Of a DNA stretch of 64,000 nt, positions 17,919-27,308 are shown one piece after another. The notes below the pieces were generated by a model. That model ran no database searches. It saw only the letters and a program-made list of their open reading frames with translations, and was not told the origin of the DNA. The position numbers and the translations under genes were made by a program. Position 1 is the first letter of the stretch; each line of letters opens with the position of its first letter. The DNA is taken from assembly GCA_964649165.1 (NCBI GenBank), contig CAZYPC010000007.1, positions 10,557 through 74,556 on the forward strand, in the 5' to 3' direction. The stretch is from an uncultured Chryseobacterium sp. Lineage in GTDB: Bacteria; Bacteroidota; Bacteroidia; Flavobacteriales_F; PHOS-HE28.

Positions 17919-20228
17919 ATGGCCATGAAAAGATCCGTAACGCTTCCCTTGCTGATCGCGTCCCACGCCTTGCTGGCCCAGAATTGTCTGCATACCGTTC
18001 ACCCGGCCCAAATGCCCGACTGGGGTTCGGGCTGGAACAGCGCCCGGATCCACACCTCCGGTAATGTGTCCTGGTCGGAGTCGGTCCTGGGCGTGTCGTA
18101 CGGGCTCATGACCCCGGACGGGCAGCCGGTGTGGGACCGCCATGTGATCCATAACGACCCGGAGACATGGATGTACACGAAGGTCGCACAGTCCCGGTCC
18201 GATGGTGGCCACCTGATCAATGGATGGATATCGCCGGGATGGGATTACGAGAGCGAGTGCATCATCGCATCGGATCCTTCCGGGAGCACGGAATGGGGAC
18301 GGTCCTACATGACGGATTCCACGGATTATGGCATGGCCGCATGCTATTTCCAGAGCATGCACGAACGCACCGATGGGAACACATTGGTCGCGATGGTGAG
18401 TCGGAAGACGGCAGGTCTGGCCTTGTTGGGAGCGGACGGTGTGCCGCTCTGGCACAAGCGGTATGTGACCGAAACTTCCGATGCCGAAGGGAGTTTTGCC
18501 TTGGATGCCGTGCTGGAAACCGACAACACCGCCACGGTCCTCGCAGGGGACGGCCATGGTGGCCTTGTCATCTTCCGGACCGATGCGAATGGCGATGCGC
18601 AATGGGGTTACACCTATCCGATGTCAGAAACACAGAACCCCACGGATATGCTCAAGGCGGCTGATGGCTCCTTCTACGTGGTCACCGGGCGCTCCAGCGG
18701 CTTCGTGAACGAGGGGTATCTGTTGCACTTGAACAACGACGGCAGCATGGATTGGGCGAAGCACTACGGAAAGAGCTTGCGACGGATCGAAGCATTACCG
18801 AACGGCGACCTGCTGGTCTCCACGGGCGTTGCCACTACGGGCGATTCCACCCAGTTGGTCCGGGTCGATGCGGCAGGCAACGCCCTGGCGGCTTGGACCT
18901 CCAACGTCGGTGGCGGCTGGCATGACCTGATCGGCGTCCGCGGCGATTCCATATTCGTTCTCCAAGGAAGTACCGCTGAAGACTATCCAGCGTGGAGCGC
19001 GTTGACCGTGGCCGTCAGCTTCGATGATCTGTCCTGCGCCTTCGTACCCTCTGCGGTGCCGACGGTGACTGACGAACCTGTGCCGGTTACCTCGGGCAGC
19101 GTCATCACCGCACTGCCGGATGAATTGAAGTCCTGGGCCATGAACGTGGGCGTCGGGGTCGGCCCTGGAGAACTCGACGTGCAAGGGTTCGCCGCGTCCG
19201 GTCCAGCACGTCCGGGGTTCGACTGCATGCTCTACACGGTGGCCTCCAACCTGGGCGGAGCTACCAGCGGCCCCTTGACGACCACTTTGACCTTCGACCC
19301 GTTGTTGACCTACGTGGAGGCGGATCCTGAACCGACGAGCGTCGTTGGGAACGTGGTCACCTGGTCGGGTACTCCGGAACTCGTAGGCTACGCCGATCAA
19401 ATGGCGTGGGTCCGATTGAATGTTCCGTCCGACCCGGGACTGATCGGCACGGTTCTCAACCACACGTTCGCTGTGGCCCAGGACAGCACGGAAACCGGCG
19501 TTGCCAACAACGCAACGATGACCACGCGCGAGATCACCGGGAGCTACGACCCCAACGACAAGCAGGTCTCCCCGCGCGACTTCTACCACATCGCGAACGA
19601 CAGCATCCTGGACTACACCATCCAGTTCCAGAACACCGGCTCCGACACCGCCTTCACCGTGGTGGTGCGCGACACCTTGCCGCTTGACGTGGACACACGC
19701 ACGTTCAAGATGGGCACGGCATCACATCCCTACACCTATTCGCTCACCGGCAACGGCATCCTCACCTTCACGTTCGAGAACATCCTGTTGCCGGACAGCA
19801 ACACCAACGAGCCCATGAGCCATGGTCTGGTGAACTTCCGCATCAAGCCGATCCAACCCCTCTCGCTCGGCCAGGAGATCACGAACACGGCTGATATCTA
19901 CTTCGATTTCAACCCGCCGATCCACACGCCAGCGGCCACCGTGGTCGTAACCGATGAGACCGGAGTTCATCCAACGGTAAGAACAGAAAAGCTGCAGGTG
20001 TTCCCCGTTCCGGTGAAGGGCATGCTCAATGCCGTCCTGCCGTCTGGCTTCGATCCGGTGAGCGCCTTCGCCATCGGAGTGGATGGCCGTCGCGTGCCTG
20101 TGTTCGCGCGGAGCATCGTCAACCGACAAGCGGAGTATCGCACGGACCATTTGCCATCGGGAGCCTATGTGCTCACGCTGCACGATCGGTCAGGTCGGCG
20201 CATGAGTGCGCGGTTTACGAAGGAGTGA
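17919..20228 (+). CDS. T9SS cargo protein, paralog A (N-terminal repeat/propeller-like region + QFQNTG/LPDSNTNEP module + CTD)
   Basis: 769 aa. Signal MAMKRSVTLPLLIASHALLAQ. Module SYDPNDK...LDYTIQFQNTGSDTAFTVVVRD...LLPDSNTNEPMSHGLVNFRIKP. CTD: LQVFPVPVKGML...GAYVLTL. Confidence 0.9.
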   Translation: MAMKRSVTLPLLIASHALLAQNCLHTVHPAQMPDWGSGWNSARIHTSGNVSWSESVLGVSYGLMTPDGQPVWDRHVIHNDPETWMYTKVAQSRSDGGHLINGWISPGWDYESECIIASDPSGSTEWGRSYMTDSTDYGMAACYFQSMHERTDGNTLVAMVSRKTAGLALLGADGVPLWHKRYVTETSDAEGSFALDAVLETDNTATVLAGDGHGGLVIFRTDANGDAQWGYTYPMSETQNPTDMLKAADGSFYVVTGRSSGFVNEGYLLHLNNDGSMDWAKHYGKSLRRIEALPNGDLLVSTGVATTGDSTQLVRVDAAGNALAAWTSNVGGGWHDLIGVRGDSIFVLQGSTAEDYPAWSALTVAVSFDDLSCAFVPSAVPTVTDEPVPVTSGSVITALPDELKSWAMNVGVGVGPGELDVQGFAASGPARPGFDCMLYTVASNLGGATSGPLTTTLTFDPLLTYVEADPEPTSVVGNVVTWSGTPELVGYADQMAWVRLNVPSDPGLIGTVLNHTFAVAQDSTETGVANNATMTTREITGSYDPNDKQVSPRDFYHIANDSILDYTIQFQNTGSDTAFTVVVRDTLPLDVDTRTFKMGTASHPYTYSLTGNGILTFTFENILLPDSNTNEPMSHGLVNFRIKPIQPLSLGQEITNTADIYFDFNPPIHTPAATVVVTDETGVHPTVRTEKLQVFPVPVKGMLNAVLPSGFDPVSAFAIGVDGRRVPVFARSIVNRQAEYRTDHLPSGAYVLTLHDRSGRRMSARFTKE
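19638..20041 (+). repeat. 404-bp exact repeat, copy 1 (inside paralog A)
   Basis: Base-for-base identical to 22023..22426 by my reading (offset 2385). The flanks carry scattered mismatches. Confidence 0.85.
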
Positions 20229-20318
20229 TCAGGGCTATCGTTCAATAGGGTGAGTTTGCCCGGCATCGGCCGATCGATCGTGAGGCAGGTTAGCTTCGGC
20301 ATCCCAACCCGAACGGTC

Positions 20319-22613
20319 ATGAAATACCTGGTCGCGCTCCTGGTCGGCAATTCTGCCATGCTTGGCCTTGCACAGAACTGCTTCCATGTGGTACATGCTC
20401 CTGCAGTGAACGATCTGAACTGGTCTTGGTCGAATGCCTGCATTCATCCTTCAGGCGGCGTGGCCTATGCGAAATCGACGATGGCATTTCAAATGGGAAC
20501 CCTGTTCGGCCGAACAGCACCGGATGCGCAGCCTTTATGGGAACGGGGGATCTCGCACATGAACCCAGTGCACTGGCTCGGGCTGGGCACCGTGCGGATC
20601 CGAACGGGCGATGGGTACTTGCTCAGCGGGCGATTCAGCCCGGCCTGGGATTACGATGCCCCGAGCATGATCTCGCTTGGCCCCGCAGGCCAGATCGAAT
20701 GGGCAAGGACATACATGACTGATTCTACTGAGTATGGATCGGTCGGGGCCCGATTCACTGCACTGGCAGAGCGTTCTGACGGTGGCCATATCGTGGCCAT
20801 GGATTCGAAAAACACAATAGGAATAGCACGTCTTGATGCGATGGGGGCGCCTGTTTGGCACAAGCGCTACCCGACGGAAATGCCGTACACGTATTCCGCA
20901 GACCTCGAACTCGAACCAGATGGCAGTATCACTTTGTTGGGCCATAGCGGTACAGGCGGGATCGTCCTTATGCGCACTGGACCGGACGGCGAACCGCAGT
21001 GGGCGTATACATACACGTTTGGGCCGATGCTTGATGTCAAAGACCTTGTGCGCTCGGCCGACGGGTCGTACTACGCAACGATTTACCTCGGTTGCTTGAT
21101 GCACTTCAATAGCGACGGCACATACGATTGGATCAAGAACTATAATAGGAACCTGGGCCATATTGAGCTTCTTCCGAATGGCGATCTGCTCGCAACCTCC
21201 GAAATGTCATGGACCGACTCTTCCCGTTACTTGATACGGTTCGATCCAGAAGGCGAACCATTGGCGGCCTGGGCCTCGACGATCCCTGGCGGCAAGCTCG
21301 ACCTGCTCGGACTGCAAGGCGATTCGGTCTTTGTCCTGCAGACCAGTTACCCCAGCTTTCCGGCGGATACGACACAATGGGCGGCGGTGACGATCGCAAC
21401 GAGCGTGAATGATCTGTCGTGCGCATTCACCCCTTCACCATTGCCCACCGTGGGTACCCAGTACACTCCGGTCACCAACGGGAATATCGTGTCCTCCTTG
21501 ACCGACGAATTGAAGTCATGGACGATCAACGTCGGCGAAACCTTGGGTATGAACATTATCGATATTACTGCGCAAGGAAGTTCGGGTCCGGCCCGTCCGG
21601 GCTTCGGATACGTGGTTTACACTGAAACGGCCAACCTGGGCGGTGGCACCACAGCACCGTTGACGCGCACGCTGACATTCGACCCGCTCCTCACGTACGT
21701 CAGCGCTTCTCCTGAGCCCACAAGCGTGTTGGGGAATACGATCACTTGGTCGGATGGGCCTGCGCTGGGGAGCTACGCCCACGAACTGGCTTACGTCGAA
21801 TTCACCATTCCACCGGACCCAAGCCTGATCGGGTCAACACTCACGCACACGTACAGCGTGACCCAAGACAGCAGCGAGTACAGCTTGGCCAACAACACAA
21901 CGACCATTAACCGCGAGATCACGAGCAGCTACGACCCGAACGACAAGCTCGTATCCCCGCGCAACTTCTACCACATCGAGAACGATAGCATCCTGGACTA
22001 CACCATCCAGTTCCAGAACACGGGCTCCGACACCGCCTTCACCGTGGTGGTGCGCGACACCTTGCCGCTTGACGTGGACACACGCACGTTCAAGATGGGC
22101 ACGGCATCACATCCCTACACCTATTCGCTCACCGGCAACGGCATCCTCACCTTCACGTTCGAGAACATCCTGTTGCCGGACAGCAACACCAACGAGCCCA
22201 TGAGCCATGGTCTGGTGAACTTCCGCATCAAGCCGATCCAACCCCTCTCGCTCGGCCAGGAGATCACGAACACGGCTGATATCTACTTCGATTTCAACCC
22301 GCCGATCCACACGCCAGCGGCCACCGTGGTCGTAACCGATGAGACCGGAGTTCATCCAACGGTAAGAACAGAAAAGCTGCAGGTGTTCCCCGTTCCGGTG
22401 AAGGGCATGCTCAATGCCGTCCTGCCCGCAGGATTCGATCCGGTGAGCTCCTTCGCCATCGGAGTGGATGGCCGTCGCGTGCCGGTGTTCGCCCGGAGCA
22501 TCGTAGATCGGCAGGCGGAGTATCGCACGGACCATTTGCCGCCGGGAGCCTATGTCCTCACGCTCCATGCACGGAACGGTCGACGACTTTCCGCGCGGTT
22601 CGTGAAGGAGTAA
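20319..22613 (+). CDS. T9SS cargo protein, paralog B (tandem duplicate of paralog A)
   Basis: Track ORF is 20250..22613. Start moved to ATG 20319 (MKYLVALLVGNSAMLGLAQ). Collinear with paralog A throughout. The C-terminal module is identical to A. Confidence 0.9.
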   Translation: MKYLVALLVGNSAMLGLAQNCFHVVHAPAVNDLNWSWSNACIHPSGGVAYAKSTMAFQMGTLFGRTAPDAQPLWERGISHMNPVHWLGLGTVRIRTGDGYLLSGRFSPAWDYDAPSMISLGPAGQIEWARTYMTDSTEYGSVGARFTALAERSDGGHIVAMDSKNTIGIARLDAMGAPVWHKRYPTEMPYTYSADLELEPDGSITLLGHSGTGGIVLMRTGPDGEPQWAYTYTFGPMLDVKDLVRSADGSYYATIYLGCLMHFNSDGTYDWIKNYNRNLGHIELLPNGDLLATSEMSWTDSSRYLIRFDPEGEPLAAWASTIPGGKLDLLGLQGDSVFVLQTSYPSFPADTTQWAAVTIATSVNDLSCAFTPSPLPTVGTQYTPVTNGNIVSSLTDELKSWTINVGETLGMNIIDITAQGSSGPARPGFGYVVYTETANLGGGTTAPLTRTLTFDPLLTYVSASPEPTSVLGNTITWSDGPALGSYAHELAYVEFTIPPDPSLIGSTLTHTYSVTQDSSEYSLANNTTTINREITSSYDPNDKLVSPRNFYHIENDSILDYTIQFQNTGSDTAFTVVVRDTLPLDVDTRTFKMGTASHPYTYSLTGNGILTFTFENILLPDSNTNEPMSHGLVNFRIKPIQPLSLGQEITNTADIYFDFNPPIHTPAATVVVTDETGVHPTVRTEKLQVFPVPVKGMLNAVLPAGFDPVSSFAIGVDGRRVPVFARSIVDRQAEYRTDHLPPGAYVLTLHARNGRRLSARFVKE
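22023..22426 (+). repeat. 404-bp exact repeat, copy 2 (inside paralog B)
   Basis: Identical to 19638..20041. The near-identical antisense track ORFs 19722..20183 and 22107..22568 corroborate this. Confidence 0.85.
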
Positions 22614-22631
22614 GCGGGCAGGGCGGTTGGG

Positions 22632-22639
22632 TACATTCG
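22632..22639 (+). promoter_or_regulatory. Candidate -7 box TACATTCG upstream of mtaB
   Basis: One mismatch to TAnnTTTG, 58 nt upstream of ATG 22698. Confidence 0.25.
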
Positions 22640-22697
22640 CGCCCCGCTTGCCGGATCATGAGGACATGGGCACATGTCCGCATGGGCAGATGAGCAC

Positions 22698-24059
22698 ATG
22701 GGCAACTCAAAGACCGCCGCCTTCCACACCCTCGGCTGCAAGCTGAACTTCGCCGAGACCAGCACGCTCGCCCGTTCGTTGGAAGAAGCGGGCTATGCCC
22801 GCGTGAAGGTGGAGGAGCGACCGGACGTCTTCGTACTGAACACATGCAGCGTGACGGAGAACGCGGACAAGGAGTGCCGCCAGTGGGTCCGCCGCTTCCA
22901 GCGCATCAATCCGGAGGCATTCGTGGCCGTGGTGGGTTGTTATGCGCAATTGAAACCCACGGAGATCGCGGCCATCCCAGGAGTCGATCTCGTTCTGGGG
23001 GCCAACGAGAAGTTTGACCTGGCCACCTACATTGAGAAAGGGCGGAATTCAGATCTCGGTGGAACAGGAACTGGTGGAGAGGCGCACTTCTCCCCCATCA
23101 AGGACGTTCGGACATTCGTTCCTTCTTACAACGCGAACGACAGGACACGGACCTTCCTCAAAGTGCAGGACGGATGCGACTACTTCTGCTCGTTCTGCAC
23201 CATTCCCCTTGCGCGCGGAAGGAGCCGCAGTGCCACCATCGCCGAGACCGTCGCCATCGCGCGCGGTATCGCAGCGAGCGGAGTGAAGGAGATCGTGCTC
23301 ACCGGCGTGAACACCGGTGACTTCGGTCGCGCGCACGGCGAGGATCTCCTGTCCTTGATCGAGGCCCTGGACGGTGTGACGGGCATCGATCGCTTCCGCA
23401 TCAGCAGCATTGAACCGAACCTGTGCGATGACCGCATCATCGACTTCGTAGCGGCGAGCGACAGGTTCATGCCGCACTTCCACATGCCGTTGCAAAGCGG
23501 CAGCGATGCCATCCTCCAGCGGATGCGTCGCCGCTACGACACCGCCCTCTACGCCGATCGTGTGGCGCACATCAGGCGCGTGATGCCGCACGCGAGCATC
23601 GGCGCGGACGTGATCACCGGAACGCCTGGCGAGGTCGATGAGGAGTTCCTGAAGACACACGCCTTTCTCCGCACCCTGGCGGTCGACTACCTGCACGTCT
23701 TCACATATAGTGAGCGCGCGAACACCACCGCCGTGCGGATGGAGGACAGCGTGCCGATGGAAACACGGCGCGAGCGCACGAAGCAACTGCGGGTGCTCAG
23801 TTCCAAACTCCAGCGCGCACACTATGAACACCACCGGGGAACAACGCGGCCGGTGCTCTTCGAGAACGAGAACGTGGACGGGCGAATGCTCGGATACACG
23901 GACAACTACATCCGCGTGAGCGCTCCGTTCGACGGGTCCGTCATCAACGGCATCGCGGACGTGCTCCTGGATCGCATCGATGGCGATGGACATATGGCAT
24001 CGATACCCGTGCGTCGACCGCAAGAGGCAGTCCCCTCATCCGTCCATCTTGTTGTCTGA
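22698..24059 (+). CDS. mtaB: tRNA (N6-threonylcarbamoyladenosine37-C2)-methylthiotransferase MtaB (radical SAM)
   Basis: KTAAFHTLGCKLNFAETS at the N-terminus. Radical SAM cluster motif CDYFCSFC. TRAM-like C-terminus. Start placed at ATG 22698, although 22674 is also possible. Confidence 0.9.
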   Translation: MGNSKTAAFHTLGCKLNFAETSTLARSLEEAGYARVKVEERPDVFVLNTCSVTENADKECRQWVRRFQRINPEAFVAVVGCYAQLKPTEIAAIPGVDLVLGANEKFDLATYIEKGRNSDLGGTGTGGEAHFSPIKDVRTFVPSYNANDRTRTFLKVQDGCDYFCSFCTIPLARGRSRSATIAETVAIARGIAASGVKEIVLTGVNTGDFGRAHGEDLLSLIEALDGVTGIDRFRISSIEPNLCDDRIIDFVAASDRFMPHFHMPLQSGSDAILQRMRRRYDTALYADRVAHIRRVMPHASIGADVITGTPGEVDEEFLKTHAFLRTLAVDYLHVFTYSERANTTAVRMEDSVPMETRRERTKQLRVLSSKLQRAHYEHHRGTTRPVLFENENVDGRMLGYTDNYIRVSAPFDGSVINGIADVLLDRIDGDGHMASIPVRRPQEAVPSSVHLVV

Positions 24060-24070
24060 CCGCCGGATCG

Positions 24071-25297
24071 ATGTACCCGACCCTCTACCACGCCTTCCTC
24101 GACCTTTTCGGTATTGACCTGCCCTTGCTCAAGGTCCTGAACAGCTTCGGGTTCTTCGTGGCCATCGCGTTCGTCGCCGCGCACTACACGCTGGCCGCCG
24201 AATTGCGGCGCAAGACGGGACAGGGCCTGCTGGCGGCCACGCAGCGCAAGGTCATCATCGGGGAGCCGCCGAAAATGATGGAGATGATGCTCCAGGACCT
24301 GATGGGCTTCGTGCTCGGATGGAAGGGTCTGTACATGGCCATGCACGTGGGGGAAGTCACCGCCAACCCGCCGGCCTTCCTGCTCAGCGCCAAGGGCAAC
24401 GTACTGGGGGGGCTGGTGGTGGGCAGCCTGTTCGCCTGGCTGTATTGGCGCGAGAAGAAGAAGCAACAGCTGGAAAAGCCGGAAGAACGCGTCGTTGAAA
24501 TACCCGCTGCGCAACACGCGGGCAATATCACGCTCACCGCCGCGCTCTGGGGTTTTATCGGCGCCAAGCTGTTCCACTGGCTGGAGAACCCGGATTCGTT
24601 CGTTGCGATGTTCACCTCGCCGAACGCGGAAGACATCGTGACCGGCCTCACCATGTACGGGGGGCTCATCCTGGCAGGCATCATGGTCATGCGCTACTTC
24701 CGCACCAACGGCCTGGCTTTCTGGCCCTCGGTTGACGCTGCGGCACCCGGGGTATTGCTCGCCTATGGCATCGGCCGCATCGGCTGCCACGTCAGCGGCG
24801 ATGGGGATTGGGGCATCGCCAACACCGCCTTGAAACCGGGCTGGTTGCCGCAATGGCTCTGGAGCTATGACTATCCGCACAATGTGAACGCCTTCAAGGG
24901 TGTCGACGAGATCGGCGGCTATGTGGGCCAGAAGATGGCATCCTGCCCACCCGGTTTCGACAAGTACTGCTGGCACCTGGTCCCTGGCGTCTACCCCACG
25001 CCGCTCTACGAGGCCATCGCATGCGTGCTGCTCTTCGGCGTGCTCTGGATGCTGCGCAAGCGCATCCGTGTACCCGGCGTCATGTTCTGTCTCTTCCTGA
25101 TCATCGACGGCGTGGAGCGATTTCTCATCGAGAAGATCCGCGTGAACGATCCGTGGTTGGGTTCCTGGACGCAGGCGGAAGTGATCAGTTCGTTGCTTGT
25201 ATTGGGGGGCGCCTTCGGCCTCTGGTGGTTCACGAAGGATCGTTCAGGACCGGAAGCGGTCGGGGCTGAAGGAGTGCGTGATCCCAGCAGCGCATGA
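24071..25297 (+). CDS. lgt: Prolipoprotein diacylglyceryl transferase (long form, 408 aa)
   Basis: Polytopic membrane protein. Lgt-like GIGRIGCHVSGDG and YPTPLYEA signatures. It is longer than the classical enzyme of about 290 aa. Confidence 0.7.
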   Translation: MYPTLYHAFLDLFGIDLPLLKVLNSFGFFVAIAFVAAHYTLAAELRRKTGQGLLAATQRKVIIGEPPKMMEMMLQDLMGFVLGWKGLYMAMHVGEVTANPPAFLLSAKGNVLGGLVVGSLFAWLYWREKKKQQLEKPEERVVEIPAAQHAGNITLTAALWGFIGAKLFHWLENPDSFVAMFTSPNAEDIVTGLTMYGGLILAGIMVMRYFRTNGLAFWPSVDAAAPGVLLAYGIGRIGCHVSGDGDWGIANTALKPGWLPQWLWSYDYPHNVNAFKGVDEIGGYVGQKMASCPPGFDKYCWHLVPGVYPTPLYEAIACVLLFGVLWMLRKRIRVPGVMFCLFLIIDGVERFLIEKIRVNDPWLGSWTQAEVISSLLVLGGAFGLWWFTKDRSGPEAVGAEGVRDPSSA

Positions 25298-26085
25298 ACC
25301 TCGAGAAGCTCACTTCCGAAGTGATCGACCTCAGTCGCGAGGTGGCGACCTTCATCCGTGTGGAGAGCCAGCGCTTCACCGAGGCAAGCGTGGAGAGCAA
25401 GAGCCTGAACAACCTGGTGAGCTACGTGGACAAGGGCGCTGAGCAGCGTTTCGTGGACGGACTTTCCAAGTTGTTGCCCGAAGCCGGCTTCATCGCCGAA
25501 GAAGGCACCGGCTCACGCGCTGCGGAATTCAACTGGGTGATCGACCCGTTGGACGGTACCACCAACTTCATCCACGGCATCCCCTGCTATTGTACGAGCG
25601 TCGCGTTGATGAACGGGGACGACATACTGCTCGGCGTGGTCCTGGAGGTGACACGCGATGAGTGCTTCAGCGCGTGGAAAGGCGGCGGCGCGTTCTTGAA
25701 CGGCACCCCCATCCGGGTGAGCTACCGCCAGACCTTGGTGGAGAGCCTCCTCGCGACCGGATTCCCTTACGATGACTTCGGCCAGGAGGCGCAGTACATG
25801 GAACTTCTGCGCGCATTGATGCACAACAGCCGGGGGATCCGCCGCTTGGGCAGTGCGGCGGCCGACCTGGCCTATGTGGCTTGCGGACGTTTCGAAGCCT
25901 TCTACGAGTACGGCTTGAACCCGTGGGACGTGGCGGCCGGAGCGTTGATCGTGACGGAAGCAGGCGGCACCGTAACGGATTTCGCCGGCGGAAAAAGGTT
26001 CGTTTTCGGGGAGGAGATCGTGGCCAGTAATGGCACCATCCACACTGAGCTCATCGGACCCATCGGCAAGTTCTTCGGGCGCTGA
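25294..26085 (+). CDS. Inositol monophosphatase family protein (SuhB-like)
   Basis: WVIDPLDGTTNF motif and IMPase fold signatures. ATGA overlap with the lgt stop. Confidence 0.9.
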   Translation: MNLEKLTSEVIDLSREVATFIRVESQRFTEASVESKSLNNLVSYVDKGAEQRFVDGLSKLLPEAGFIAEEGTGSRAAEFNWVIDPLDGTTNFIHGIPCYCTSVALMNGDDILLGVVLEVTRDECFSAWKGGGAFLNGTPIRVSYRQTLVESLLATGFPYDDFGQEAQYMELLRALMHNSRGIRRLGSAAADLAYVACGRFEAFYEYGLNPWDVAAGALIVTEAGGTVTDFAGGKRFVFGEEIVASNGTIHTELIGPIGKFFGR

Positions 26086-26125
26086 TGGCCATCGGGTTCC
26101 GGCAGGCGCAGTAGTCGCATCTTTG

Positions 26126-27091
26126 ATGGCACTTCGCTCCATGCGTACCCCGTTCGTCCTCGCATTCTCCACCCTGTCCTTTTCCACGCTTTGCGCCCAA
26201 GTATTGACCGGTGCGCAGCAACAACCCGCCCACGGGTATTCCTTCACCATACCCGATGGTTGGACCGGCGAGACCCAGGATGGCAGCTATGCGCTGACCA
26301 GCGGGACCGTCGCCGGCCTTATCCTGGTGGGTCCCACGGCGTACGCCAGCCCACAAGCGATGCGGGATGAGCTCAGCGCGGCTACGGATGACGGCACAGG
26401 AACATCGATGCGCCTGACTGAAGGCCCTGTCGATCTGGGGAAGAACACGGTATTCGTGGCCCATGCCGGCACCCTGGAGGGAACAAAGATGAAAGTGATC
26501 GCCATAGCCGGGTGGAACCCCAGTGGAAAGACCGTGACCGTGGCAGGAATGTCGCCTCCGGAAACGTTCAGCCTGGAATTGGTCGAGGCGCTCAAGCTCG
26601 TACAGACCAGCGTGCAATACACGAGCCCGGCTCCATCTTCGGTACTGCCCGATCTGTCCATGGCTTTGGGACCCATCGATGGCCAGGAGGACATTTTCTG
26701 GAAAGAACGCCTTGCCGGTAACCGCCTGACCTACATGGACAGCTATTCATCTCCGGCGGGTTACCCCGGAGGCATCAGTGGCGGATACAGCCTGACGCGC
26801 CTCATCGATCTGTGTCCTCAAGGTTTCTTCATCACGAACGGGAAGAGCGACCACAACTTCGGCGGAGATGGTGTTTCAGCCTACGGCTCCAGCACCAGTG
26901 CGGGCGAGGGTGCCTGGAAGGCCCTAAAGGAGGGGTCCGACCGCTCCATACTCCGGTTGAAGTTCAAAGACGGCACGGTGCGGGACTATCTGCTGGAGAA
27001 CCGCGAGGGCGCCACCTACCTGAACAACGAGCGGTGGTATCGCACGAACCGTGAGCGCGACGGCTCCGAATACGCACCGAACTGCCCATGA
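26126..27091 (+). CDS. Secreted hypothetical protein
   Basis: Track ORF is 26030..27091, whose 5' end overlaps the IMPase gene. Start moved to ATG 26126 (MALRSMRTPFVLAFSTLSFSTLCAQ). No domain recognised. Confidence 0.65.
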   Translation: MALRSMRTPFVLAFSTLSFSTLCAQVLTGAQQQPAHGYSFTIPDGWTGETQDGSYALTSGTVAGLILVGPTAYASPQAMRDELSAATDDGTGTSMRLTEGPVDLGKNTVFVAHAGTLEGTKMKVIAIAGWNPSGKTVTVAGMSPPETFSLELVEALKLVQTSVQYTSPAPSSVLPDLSMALGPIDGQEDIFWKERLAGNRLTYMDSYSSPAGYPGGISGGYSLTRLIDLCPQGFFITNGKSDHNFGGDGVSAYGSSTSAGEGAWKALKEGSDRSILRLKFKDGTVRDYLLENREGATYLNNERWYRTNRERDGSEYAPNCP

Positions 27092-27115
27092 TCCGCCTCG
27101 TGCAAGGACCAAATG

Positions 27116-27143
27116 GAAGAAGCCCCGGGACCGGGGCTTCTTC
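27116..27143. terminator. 13-bp GC-rich hairpin between convergent genes
   Basis: GAAGAAGCCCCGG / CCGGGGCTTCTTC with a minimal loop, 25 nt after stop 27091. The flanking T-tract is weak (ATTT). Confidence 0.55.
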
Positions 27144-27308
27144 ATTTAACCAAAACCTGCGGACCAGTGGTAAGTCCGCGCGTTCCTGAAGCATTGACGG
27201 ATAAAGTGAGTGAAAGGCTGCCCGGGGCTTCCGCACCTCATGCGAAATAACCTTCCCGATCCTTGGAAACCGATCCCCGTCCTGTGAGCCCATCGGAGTC
27301 CTTCGCAC

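Noticed and set aside
19570-22613. Diversity-generating retroelement (template/variable repeat pair) as the explanation for the repeated tract
   Set aside because: No reverse transcriptase gene is present in the window. The tract is 404 bp and perfectly identical rather than differing at adenines, and the flanking mismatches are not A-specific. Gene conversion between paralogs is the simpler explanation.
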